From NCBI GenBank assembly GCA_963826785.1, contig CAWGYD010000005.1, positions 128,001 through 192,000 on the forward strand: 64,000 nt of DNA, given 5' to 3'. Source of the DNA: an uncultured delta proteobacterium. GTDB taxonomy: Bacteria; Desulfobacterota; Desulfobacteria; Desulfobacterales; Desulfosalsimonadaceae. Of this stretch, positions 40,739 to 49,913 are shown in pieces. The position numbers and the translations under genes are program-made. Within the stretch, counting starts at the first letter, position 1. Every line of letters begins with the position of its first letter. The notes below the pieces were generated by a model. The model saw only the letters and a program-made list of their open reading frames with translations. It had not been told where the DNA came from and searched no databases.

Positions 40739-43170
40739 GATGGCGCTCCGGCCGGAAGGGTGAAGAAAAAGGTCGACCCGGATCCGGGCATGGACTCCAC
40801 CCAGATACGCCCGCCATGCATATCGACGATTTTTTTGCAGATGGCCAGGCCGATGCCGGTGCCGGGGTATTCTTCCCGGGAGTGCAGCCGCTGGAAGACC
40901 GCAAACAATTTGGAGAAATATTTGGGGTCGATGCCGATGCCGTTGTCCGAGATCGAAAAACGCCACATGTCATCCGTCCGCCGTGCTGAAACATGCACCC
41001 GGGGCGCGGCATCCGGCTTTTTGAATTTAAGGGCGTTTCCCAAAAGGTTCTGCAGCAGCTGGCTCATGCCCGTTTCATCTGCCAAAACCGTGGGAAGCGG
41101 GTCATGGGTGACAGTGGCGCGGGTCTCCCGGATCGATTCGGAGAGATTGGTCAAAGCCCGGTCGAGCACAAGTTCGGCATCAACGGGCCTGCGCTTGGCC
41201 TCGGTCCGGCCGGCCCGGGAAAAAGAGAGCAGGTCCCGGATCAGCTGCTGCATGCGCAGGGTGCTGTCGGTGATGTATTGCATGTAGGTCCGACCCCGTT
41301 CATCCAGCAGGTTTGAGTAGCGCCGCTCGATCAGTTCGGTAAAATTTTCGACAATCCTCAATGGCTCCTGCAGATCATGGGAGGCGATGTAGGCGAACTG
41401 TTCCAGTTCCTGGTTCGTTCGCTCCAGCCGGGCCTGATAATTTTTGATATCGGAGATGTCCCGGGTAATGGCGAGAATGGATTGAACCCGCCCCTGGTCA
41501 TCTTTTTCCGGTGCGAATATGGAAAAGAAATGCTGGCGGCCGAAATTGGGGCTGTTGAATTCAAATTCGAGGCTCTCCTGTTTCCCGGTGGCCCATACAT
41601 TTTCAAAGTGCGTTTTCCAGAAGGCCACTTTATCCGCGGGCATGCCCAGTTCTGCATTGGTTTTGCCGATGATCTCGCTCCGGGACAATCCGTAGACCTT
41701 TTCTCCGTAAGGATTGATATAGGTATGCCGCAGGTCCCGGTCGAACCGGGCGATGACGTCCGGGCTGTTTTCAGCCAGAATGCGGTATTCCCGTTCCCTC
41801 GTTTTCAGGGCGTCTTCCGCCCGGATCCGGTCGGTGATTTCCACCCCCACCACCCCCACCCCCCACCGGCCTCCCGGAAGGGTCACCGGAAAATGCGAAG
41901 ACAGCCAGTGCCGGATGTCCTCCGGGTGTGAAGGGCTGACGCCCCTGACATGAATATTGATGTCGGGCCGGCCGGTCCGGAGCACCTTTTCAAAACTCGG
42001 CCCCACCACCGGCATGATCTGCGGTTCGACCTCATCGAATCTTTTCCCCCGGTATTCCTCGAGCGTCATGCCCACGTCATCGTCTTCGGCCCGGCTGGCT
42101 TTGATAAATCGCAATTCATCATCCAGCATGAGCATGAGCACGGGTGATTCAACGAAGAACGCATTGAGCTGGGCTTCAGAGATCCGGAGCGCTTCTTCGA
42201 TTTTGACCTGTTCCGTGATGTCCTGGGTGGTGCCGAATCCGCTGACCAGATCCCCCCTGGTATCGAGCTCCAGTTCCGCTTTTTCCCGGACCCATTTGAT
42301 GCCGCTGGAAGTCACAATCCGATGCTCGATATCATAGGACTTTCCCGTTAGCGCCGCCGACCATTGCAGTTCGACCCGCTCCCGATCATCCGGGTGAACC
42401 GCCGATAAGAAGACCTCGTAGGTCATGGGAGTGCCGGGTGCGATTTCAAAAATCCGGTAGACTTCATCCGACCAGCGCAGGCGGTTATTCGAAATATCGA
42501 TCCGCCAGCTGCCCACATGCGCCACTGCCTGGGCCCGGTTTAAATCCTCCCGGCTTTCCAGCAGGGCCTTTTCCGCTTCTTTGCGCCCGGTCACATCCCG
42601 GAAAAAAATAGAAAGCCCTTCGGCAGACGGATAGGCCCGCACTTCAATCCAGATGGACAAAGGGGTATAGAATTGCTCAAAATCCACCGGGGCTCCCGTG
42701 GACATCGCATATGCATACTGGTCCAGAAACCGCCTGGCATAGGGGTTTGAAAAGATATCCCGGAAATTTCGGGTCAACAGTTCACCGCGTTTTTGACCCA
42801 GGATGAATTCCGCCATGGAATTGACATACGTCACCTTCCATTGCCGGTCGATGGCGATAAACGCATCGGTCATGCTTTCCAGTATCCCCGTGAGCCGTTC
42901 GTCTATCCGGCAGCCTGGGTTTTCTGCATTCCGGAAATCCCTGATCGGCTCTTGCCGGGGGGCTTTCCCGTTTTCCGCACCGTTTTCCGCCTCCGCTATG
43001 ATGTCTCCATTTTTCCCCTGCAGGCGCGATTCCGCAGCTTCGCGCATCCGTCGTTCGGATTCGAGGGCTGCCCGGGTCTCCTCCAGTTGACGGGTGCATT
43101 CCGACAGCCGCTTTTCAAGCGGGCCGGATTTTGGATTCCCATGTGGAAAATCGGTTTCGTTGTGGGTCAT
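40735..43170 (-). CDS. Cytoplasmic multi-PAS histidine kinase (Cph1-like kinase core)
   Basis: Four PAS/PAC units; FAYIASHDLQEPLR, QNLLGNALKF, DNGIGI, FQRLH, GTGIGLAICKKI. Confidence 0.92.
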   Translation of the reverse strand: MTHNETDFPHGNPKSGPLEKRLSECTRQLEETRAALESERRMREAAESRLQGKNGDIIAEAENGAENGKAPRQEPIRDFRNAENPGCRIDERLTGILESMTDAFIAIDRQWKVTYVNSMAEFILGQKRGELLTRNFRDIFSNPYARRFLDQYAYAMSTGAPVDFEQFYTPLSIWIEVRAYPSAEGLSIFFRDVTGRKEAEKALLESREDLNRAQAVAHVGSWRIDISNNRLRWSDEVYRIFEIAPGTPMTYEVFLSAVHPDDRERVELQWSAALTGKSYDIEHRIVTSSGIKWVREKAELELDTRGDLVSGFGTTQDITEQVKIEEALRISEAQLNAFFVESPVLMLMLDDELRFIKASRAEDDDVGMTLEEYRGKRFDEVEPQIMPVVGPSFEKVLRTGRPDINIHVRGVSPSHPEDIRHWLSSHFPVTLPGGRWGVGVVGVEITDRIRAEDALKTREREYRILAENSPDVIARFDRDLRHTYINPYGEKVYGLSRSEIIGKTNAELGMPADKVAFWKTHFENVWATGKQESLEFEFNSPNFGRQHFFSIFAPEKDDQGRVQSILAITRDISDIKNYQARLERTNQELEQFAYIASHDLQEPLRIVENFTELIERRYSNLLDERGRTYMQYITDSTLRMQQLIRDLLSFSRAGRTEAKRRPVDAELVLDRALTNLSESIRETRATVTHDPLPTVLADETGMSQLLQNLLGNALKFKKPDAAPRVHVSARRTDDMWRFSISDNGIGIDPKYFSKLFAVFQRLHSREEYPGTGIGLAICKKIVDMHGGRIWVESMPGSGSTFFFTLPAGAPS

Positions 43171-43401
43171 GCTCCGACTTTTTTCTGGATTTCAGGGTTG
43201 CAGAAAACAGCGCCTTCCGGGGGATGAAAAAAGACAAATGTTTCATAATAACCAGATGCGATGAATTTTAAATGGGGTTTTGAACCTATTTGGATGGGGG
43301 AAAAAGATGGTATACGAAGAGGCGGGAAGATTTAAAAGTTGAGCGGTTAAAATAGCTGCCGCCCGGGTCGTTCTTGTCCGGGGCGCAACCCATGGAAGTG
43401 G

Positions 43402-45240
43402 TCAGGAGACGCTGGCCGTGACTTCGGCGACTTCTACGGGGAGATGAATAATAAAGGTGGTTCCATGATTCAACTGGCTGTCCGCCTGGATGGTGCCGTT
43501 GTGGCTCCGGATGATGCCGTAGGCGGATGCCAGCCCGAGGCCGGTCCCCTTGTGCCGCTCCTTGGTGGAGAAAAACGGTTCGAAGATCCGGCTTCGGGTT
43601 TCTTCATCCATTCCGGTGCCGGTGTCGGTCACGGTGATGCGGATGTATCGGCCGGGGATGGCCTCATAGGGCGCTGCTGCGATAACGTTTAAGCGCGTGT
43701 TTGAGGTGGACAGATACAGATCCCCGGACCCTGACATGGCATCGGATGCGTTTATAAACAGGTTGAGCAGCACCTGTTCGATCTGTGCGCGATTGACATC
43801 CACGATGCGGATATCCGGCGAAAGGGATAAATGGATGCGGATTCCGGGCCGGGTGTGGCTGAACAGGTCGGCACTTTTTTCGATCAGTTCGTTTACATTG
43901 GTGGGACAAAGTTCGTATTTTTCCTCCCGGGCGAATCCCAGAAGCTGCCGGGTGATGTTTGCGCCGCTTTCCACGTAGGTTTCGATGGCCTTGACGTGAT
44001 CGATGACCTGTTGCGGGTTGTCGGTGGTTCTTCGGATCAGACCGGTGCGGCCCATGATGCCCATCAATAAGTTGTTGAAATCGTGGGCCAGGCCGCCGGC
44101 CAGCGTTCCCACGGCCTTCATTTTCTGGGCCTGAAACAGCTGATGCTGCAGCATCTTTTTTTCCGTCACATCCCGGGCGATCCCCCGGAATCCGGCCGGC
44201 CGGCCGTTTTGCTCCTTGACCAGGGAAACCGATGTTTCCAGGAAGCGCTCGGTGCGGTCCTTGCGGATGACCCGCCAGTCGAATGCTTTTGCGGGCATGC
44301 GGGTTCGAAACACATAATTGAACGTTCGATAAACGGTTTCGGCGGTTTTGGGGTTCATGAGGACCTTGAAATTTTTTCCGATCAATTCGGCCTTTTCGTA
44401 TCCCAGGATCTGGTGCATGGCCTCATTGAAGAACAGGAGGTTTCCCTTGAGGTCCACCTCGAAATAGCCGTCCTCGATGCTTGACAGGATGTCCTGGTGT
44501 TTCTCCTCGCTCCGGATCAGTTCCTGCCGGACAAATGTTGCATCCACCAGCTGCCGGGACAGGGAAAGGGCCATCAGGATCACCATCGCCAGAAAAGCAT
44601 ATTCGCTGATATAAATAAATTCGAAGACCCCGATCACCATGAGGGCATCACTTAAAAACCCAAGGAAAAAAATGGCCACGCTGATCAGCAGGGGCAGCGC
44701 CCGCCGGGCATCCTTCCGGCGGTAATAATCGATGCTGATCCATAACACGTAAACAAATCCCGCAATGCCGGCTATGGTCTGGAAAATACTGAACGGCCCG
44801 GGCATGGGCTCGAAATAGATGACCTGGAAATCAAAAGGAAGATGGATCAGCTTGACATCGGGAATATCCTCCCGCCAGATGAGACTGTTGTGCACCAGGA
44901 GCTGAACGGCGGCAACAGCGGTATAGATGCCGTAAAAGAGATAGTTTAGTTTCCGGCCGGAATAGGCGGTGTAGTCACAGACAAACTGAATGAAGGCAAT
45001 CGCGAAAAAAGATAAAAACAGGTATTGAAGCCGGATCCAGAAGGCGCCCTCCGTTATGGAGGTGGCGGAATACAGACCTGCGCTGGAGACATCGTAAGCG
45101 GCGATAAACAGGCAGGTCACGGCAAAAGAGAGAAATTCGCGGTTTTCTTTGATGCGCCGGAAGGTGTACAGGTAGTATATGCCTAAGTATCCAACGATAC
45201 TGGCCAGAACGATCGGCGGTATGGAAGCGGTTTTGATCAA
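43402..45240 (-). CDS. 7TM-PAS sensor histidine kinase
   Basis: Seven hydrophobic segments, [46 protein letters not shown]. Confidence 0.9.
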   Translation of the reverse strand: MIKTASIPPIVLASIVGYLGIYYLYTFRRIKENREFLSFAVTCLFIAAYDVSSAGLYSATSITEGAFWIRLQYLFLSFFAIAFIQFVCDYTAYSGRKLNYLFYGIYTAVAAVQLLVHNSLIWREDIPDVKLIHLPFDFQVIYFEPMPGPFSIFQTIAGIAGFVYVLWISIDYYRRKDARRALPLLISVAIFFLGFLSDALMVIGVFEFIYISEYAFLAMVILMALSLSRQLVDATFVRQELIRSEEKHQDILSSIEDGYFEVDLKGNLLFFNEAMHQILGYEKAELIGKNFKVLMNPKTAETVYRTFNYVFRTRMPAKAFDWRVIRKDRTERFLETSVSLVKEQNGRPAGFRGIARDVTEKKMLQHQLFQAQKMKAVGTLAGGLAHDFNNLLMGIMGRTGLIRRTTDNPQQVIDHVKAIETYVESGANITRQLLGFAREEKYELCPTNVNELIEKSADLFSHTRPGIRIHLSLSPDIRIVDVNRAQIEQVLLNLFINASDAMSGSGDLYLSTSNTRLNVIAAAPYEAIPGRYIRITVTDTGTGMDEETRSRIFEPFFSTKERHKGTGLGLASAYGIIRSHNGTIQADSQLNHGTTFIIHLPVEVAEVTASVS

Positions 45241-45389
45241 TGGATGTCCTCGTCGGCAATGATGCGATCGGTAAATTAAAAGACTTGCCAGAGAACGGAT
45301 CCGCCCTGGAAGGAGGGGTTTCAGCCTGTAAATAAACTGAGTAGATGTATATTTCGTCTATACCAGAAAAAATTGTTTTCTGTCCATGA

Positions 45390-46055
45390 TTAATTGACGA
45401 ATTTTCCATCAATGCAGGATCTGCGGACGTGAGGCTGGAGGTGTGAAAACGCGTAATGGATGTAATAGGAAAACCATAAAACCATACCGATCATTTGAAG
45501 CGCATCTTCTATCAATTCGGATACGTTCCCGCGGTGCCATGACAAATCGCAGACAACGGATGCGGCAAAAAAGAACAGGGCAGACACAAAAAGGAAAAAT
45601 TGGTGCCGCATCAAGAATGATCTGAAAAAAACAAGGTAGGAAGCGATCAGTATCAGATATCCCAACATCACGCCGGCTTTCGGTATGTGGAGGTATGTGG
45701 GGATGATATTCTGGTGCAGCATGAACTGTTCATCCAGGACCAGGATGGCGGTCAGGAGGCCGGAAAAGAGAAAGAAGATCGAAATTTTCGCTTCGGCTTT
45801 CAGCAGGGCGGCGGTAAACAGGCAGACCGCGGCCGTTGAACACCAGATCAGGATGCAGATATTGGGTATCAACCCGACCAGGGGATATGCATAGAATAGG
45901 GCGGCAGGGGGCTTGATCAGATATTCGACGGGAACATTGAAGTGCAGCCGAAGAATGACCGGCAGCAAAAATAAAAAAAAGATGGCTGCGCAGGAGGCTG
46001 CCAGGATCCGGATGGCAAAGCCCGATGGGATGAGGGGCCGGTAATCAAAAGTCAT
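45390..46055 (-). CDS. Integral membrane hypothetical protein
   Basis: About six TM segments; LDEQFMLHQ and LIEDALQ motifs; start ATG 46055 preferred. Confidence 0.65.
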   Translation of the reverse strand: MTFDYRPLIPSGFAIRILAASCAAIFFLFLLPVILRLHFNVPVEYLIKPPAALFYAYPLVGLIPNICILIWCSTAAVCLFTAALLKAEAKISIFFLFSGLLTAILVLDEQFMLHQNIIPTYLHIPKAGVMLGYLILIASYLVFFRSFLMRHQFFLFVSALFFFAASVVCDLSWHRGNVSELIEDALQMIGMVLWFSYYIHYAFSHLQPHVRRSCIDGKFVN

Positions 46056-46186
46056 GGTCAATCCGCTATGTAAAAGTCCATCATAATAAAGTCCTGTTTC
46101 AGCACAATAGGCATTGGACCCCGGACTGGCAAACTGCACGGTGATTTGCAGCAGGAAACTTTTGGATCGTAACGGCCGCAGTCGGC

Positions 46187-46462
46187 ACACCCCCCTTTAA
46201 TTCCCCCCTCAAGGGGGGATTAGGCCTTGGAATTACGATCAAATGTCCTCTCGATGGGGGATTAGACCTTAAAATCAGGTTTAAATTCCCGAGAGGGGAT
46301 TAGGCTTTGAAATTACGTTTAAATTCCCGAGGGGGGCGGTCTTGAAATCTCGTTTAAATCCTCGAGGTTGGGGATTAGTCCTTGAAATCTCATTCAAATT
46401 CCCCCCTTGAGGGGGAATTTCTCTTTTTATTCCCCCCTTGAGGGGGGGCAGGGGGGGTGTCC
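46187..46462. repeat. Composite REP-like array: inverted terminal units enclosing ~5 degenerate 33-41-bp tandem units
   Basis: ACACCCCCC..TCCCCCCTCAAGGGGGGA at left, TCCCCCCTTGAGGGGGG..GGGGGGTGT at right; internal consensus ~TTTAAATTCCC(n)GAGGGGGATTAGNCCTTGAAATTNCG. Confidence 0.8.
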
Positions 46463-46577
46463 GGCCGGTGAGAAATCAATAGATAAACAGTTGAAAATCG
46501 CTTTATCGAGTTTAAGTCCCCTGGAAACATCGTATCCTGCTAAGCGGTATTCTTGCAGTAAGAAACCTGCGGCCCCC

Positions 46578-46608
46578 CGTGCACGTGCACGTTCACGTTC
46601 ACGTTCGC
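46578..46608. repeat. Hexamer tandem repeat (CGTKCA)n
   Basis: cgtgca cgtgca cgttca cgttca cgttcg. Confidence 0.7.
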
Positions 46609-46735
46609 GAAAAAAAACTTCAAGTTTTCCTAAAAACAGATATGAATGGATGAAGAGGCAAACAGGTGTTATCTTTATTGGCCAAAGAATTTGAATGCTG
46701 CAACGCCAGTGCCGAAATCCTGAAAGGAACCCATC

Positions 46736-48275
46736 ATGAACGGAGCTGATCTGATCATTAAAACCGCGGCGGATGCCGGGGTGACGGTCTGTTTTACCAA
46801 TCCGGGGACCACCGAAATGCCGCTGGTCAATGCCCTGGACCACGAAGACCGCATTCATGCGGTACTTGGCCTGTTTGAGGGCGTCTGCACCGGAGCCGCT
46901 GACGGGTATGGCCGAATGGCGGAAAAACCGGCCATGACCCTGCTGCACCTGGGGCCCGGACTGGGAAACGGCCTGGCAAATCTCCACAATGCACGGCGGG
47001 CGAAATACGCCATTGGTCAACCTGGTGGGGGAGCATGCCACCTGGCACCGGCCCTATGATCCGCTGCTGGCCATGGACATCGAGTCATTGGCGGCCACCG
47101 TGTCCGGATGGCAGCGCACCCCGCGCAGGGCGGAGGATCTGTCCCGGTACACGGCCGCGGCCATCGAAGCGGCCCGGGAGGGGCAGATCGCCACCCTGAT
47201 CGTTCCCCAGGATTTCCAGTGGACCCAGGTGGGCGAGCCGACACGGGCTGAGTCCGAGCAGCCCCGGAAAAAAATTGATCCGGAAAAGGTGGAGGCCGCT
47301 GCAAAACTGCTTCGGTCCGGCGGCAGATGCGCACTGATACTGGGCGGGCATGGCCTGCGGGAAAAAGGGATGATGATCGCATCCCGGATTAAAACAGCTG
47401 CCGGCTGCGACCTGCTCTGCGAGACTTTCCCGGCGCGGATGGAGCGCGGGGCCGGGCTGCCGGCCGTGTCCAAAATCCCCTATCTTCCGGAGATGGCCAA
47501 AGACGTGCTGGCCGTGTACGACCGGGTCGTCCTTGCCGGGGCGAAGAAGCCCATTTCCTTTTTCGGGTATGAAAATTCAGAAAGCCTGCTGCTGGAGCAG
47601 CGGCAGGAAACGGCCGATATCGCCGCGCCGGACGAAGATGTCGAGGCGGCGATGGAGGCCCTGGCCCAGTACCTGCAGGCGCCCCTTGATCCCCGGCCGG
47701 AGATGCAGGTCAGCGAAAATCGGCCCGGGATTGCGACCGGCAAGCTCGACGGGGACAAGATCGGGCGGGTGCTTTCCGCGTTGCAGCCCAAAAACGCCAT
47801 CATCGTGGAAGAAGCCGTCACGAACAGTCTGCCCTGGTTCCTGCACAGCGCCGCCTGCCCGCGCCATACCCTTTTATCTTTGACCGGCGGGGCGATCGGG
47901 CAGGGGATCCCGTGCGCCACCGGGGCCGCCATTGCCTGTCCGGACCGGCCGGTGATCAATTTCCAGGCGGACGGCAGCGCCATGTACACCATACAGGCAT
48001 TGTGGACCCAGGCCCGGGAGCATCTGAATGTCACCACCCTGATCTGCAATAACCGCAGCTATGACATATTGAAGCTGGAACTGGCCCGGGCAGGGGTGGC
48101 GAACCCCGGAAAAACCGCCCAGAAAGTGACCGACCTGACCGGCATCAACTGGGTGAAGCTCGGCCAGGCCCAGGGCGTGGCCTCGGTATCGGTCGAAACC
48201 GCCGAAGATCTGGCCAAACAGCTTCAAAAGGCCCTGGATGAATCCGGCCCGCATCTGATCGAGATGATCCTGTAG
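46736..48275 (+). CDS. TPP-dependent acetolactate-synthase-large-subunit-like enzyme; frameshift near 47000
   Basis: [32 protein letters not shown]; continues [13 protein letters not shown] motif ADGSAMY...NN. Confidence 0.88.
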
Positions 48276-48290
48276 CCTTGTGTGCCGAGT

Positions 48291-49265
48291 CTATGCTGCT
48301 GACGAGATCCGCAGCCGGTCCAGCGATTCTTCGGCCTGTGCCATGATCCGGTCGAAAAGTTCTTTCATGGGGGGGATGTCGTCGGCCAGGCCGATTCCCT
48401 GGCCGCAGGCCAGTATCCCCATGGTCAGGTCGCCTTCGTCGAACATCTTCTTTGCGTTTTCCCCCTTGATCACCTCGTAGAGCTGCGCAAAATCGGCCAT
48501 TTTTTCTTCCAGTGCCGCGCATTTCCGGGCGGCCTCATTGGCCCATACCCGGTGGGTGGCGTTTAAAGAGCGCATGACCAGCATGGTGTCGAGTTCGCAG
48601 GCGCCGACCAGGGCATTTTTGACGTTGTCATGGATGGGGGCTTCCCGGGTGGCCAGCAGGCGGGTGCCCATGATCACCGCTTCGGCACCCAGCGCCAGGA
48701 CCGCCGCGACCCCGCGGCCATCGCCGATGCCGCCCCCGCCGATCACCGGCACGTTGACCGCATTGACCACCGCCGGCACCAGCGCCAGTGTGCCGATGTC
48801 CAGCCGGCCCGTGGCGCCGCCGTTTTCATATCCCACCACGGTGATGATATCCGCGCCCATGGCTTCGACCTTTTTGGCATACCGGACGCCCACGCATTTG
48901 TGAATCCAGGTCATCTCCAGGTCCTTGAACCGGCTGACCAGTTCTTCGGGGGCGTGGTGGCCGGAGGTTTCCACGATTTTAACGCCATGGTCGGCCATGA
49001 CATCGACATAGTCATTGTTGTCGATCTGGGTCATGGCGGGAAACAGGTTGATGTTGACCCCGTAGGGTTTGTCGGTCAGCGTCTTCATCTTTGTGATGGC
49101 CTGGTCAAAGGCCTCCTTGGACTTGTAATTGGCCGACGCCATGACGCCCATACCGCCGGCGTTGGACATGGCCGCCACGAACTCGGCGGTGGAGATCCAC
49201 ATCATGGCGCCGCCGATGATGGGATAATCGATGTTGAGCATCCGGGTGATCTGGGTCTGAATCAT
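48291..49265 (-). CDS. Nitronate monooxygenase / FabK-like FMN oxidoreductase
   Basis: YPIIGGAM, SNAGGMG, KPYGVNI, GYENGGA, GGGIGDGRG, MGTR, CGQGIG; GGAGG RBS before ATG 49265. Confidence 0.88.
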   Translation of the reverse strand: MIQTQITRMLNIDYPIIGGAMMWISTAEFVAAMSNAGGMGVMASANYKSKEAFDQAITKMKTLTDKPYGVNINLFPAMTQIDNNDYVDVMADHGVKIVETSGHHAPEELVSRFKDLEMTWIHKCVGVRYAKKVEAMGADIITVVGYENGGATGRLDIGTLALVPAVVNAVNVPVIGGGGIGDGRGVAAVLALGAEAVIMGTRLLATREAPIHDNVKNALVGACELDTMLVMRSLNATHRVWANEAARKCAALEEKMADFAQLYEVIKGENAKKMFDEGDLTMGILACGQGIGLADDIPPMKELFDRIMAQAEESLDRLRISSAA

Positions 49266-49542
49266 GGTACCTCCCTGGGGTTGAAAGTATTTATCGGTAA
49301 AGATCCTGAAATTTATCATCAAGTGGGTAAAAAACGCATCATATTCATGTCAAATGCGGCGGTTTATGTCAAGATATCTGAAATATACGAAACCCGGGCC
49401 GTCCTGATTAAGAAAGGCAGCGGCGCGCAGAGCTCTGCGGTTTGACAACGAAGCGGATGAAACATAGTATTTTTGTCACGCCAAATGATTCATAATGCCT
49501 GATGCCGGCAATCCACGGCGTCAACATCGAAAGGAGAAACCG

Positions 49543-49752
49543 ATGGCAAAAGAGCTCTTTCCGCTTCCCTTTGAAATCTCAGACGACCACTACGGACACG
49601 AAGCCCACCTGTGCGTTGCCGGTGCGATCGGATTTGTGAAGAACAATCTGTCCAAGTACAAGGACTACGTCCGAAATCCGAAATTTGTCTGCAAAAACTG
49701 CGGGCGTGCCGCGGCCAATGCCGAGAATCTGTGCGAGCCCGATTCCCTGTAA
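49543..49752 (+). CDS. Small Cys/His protein (69 aa), putative metal-binding
   Basis: AAGGAG RBS; HEAHLC...PKFVCKNCGRAA..ENLCEP. Confidence 0.72.
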   Translation: MAKELFPLPFEISDDHYGHEAHLCVAGAIGFVKNNLSKYKDYVRNPKFVCKNCGRAAANAENLCEPDSL

Positions 49753-49913
49753 TCTTCTTTTTCAATCAGGCCCTAAAAACCGCCAGCCGTGTTTTCAGAC
49801 AAGCGGTCGGCGCGATGCCTGCGCCCGGCAGGATTGACAACTTCGTTTTGCTCCTGTACGTTTAGCCAAAAATATTTGTTTTACTAAAGTACCGGGCTTG
49901 AACAGATGAGGAG

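Noticed and set aside
46187..46462. CRISPR array
   Set aside because: Units are degenerate, the linkers resemble each other instead of being unique spacers, the ends are inverted, and no cas genes are present.
46407..46694. 95-aa ORF containing SPLEGGQGG and ARARSRSRS
   Set aside because: It is the translation of the palindromic repeat and the hexamer tract.
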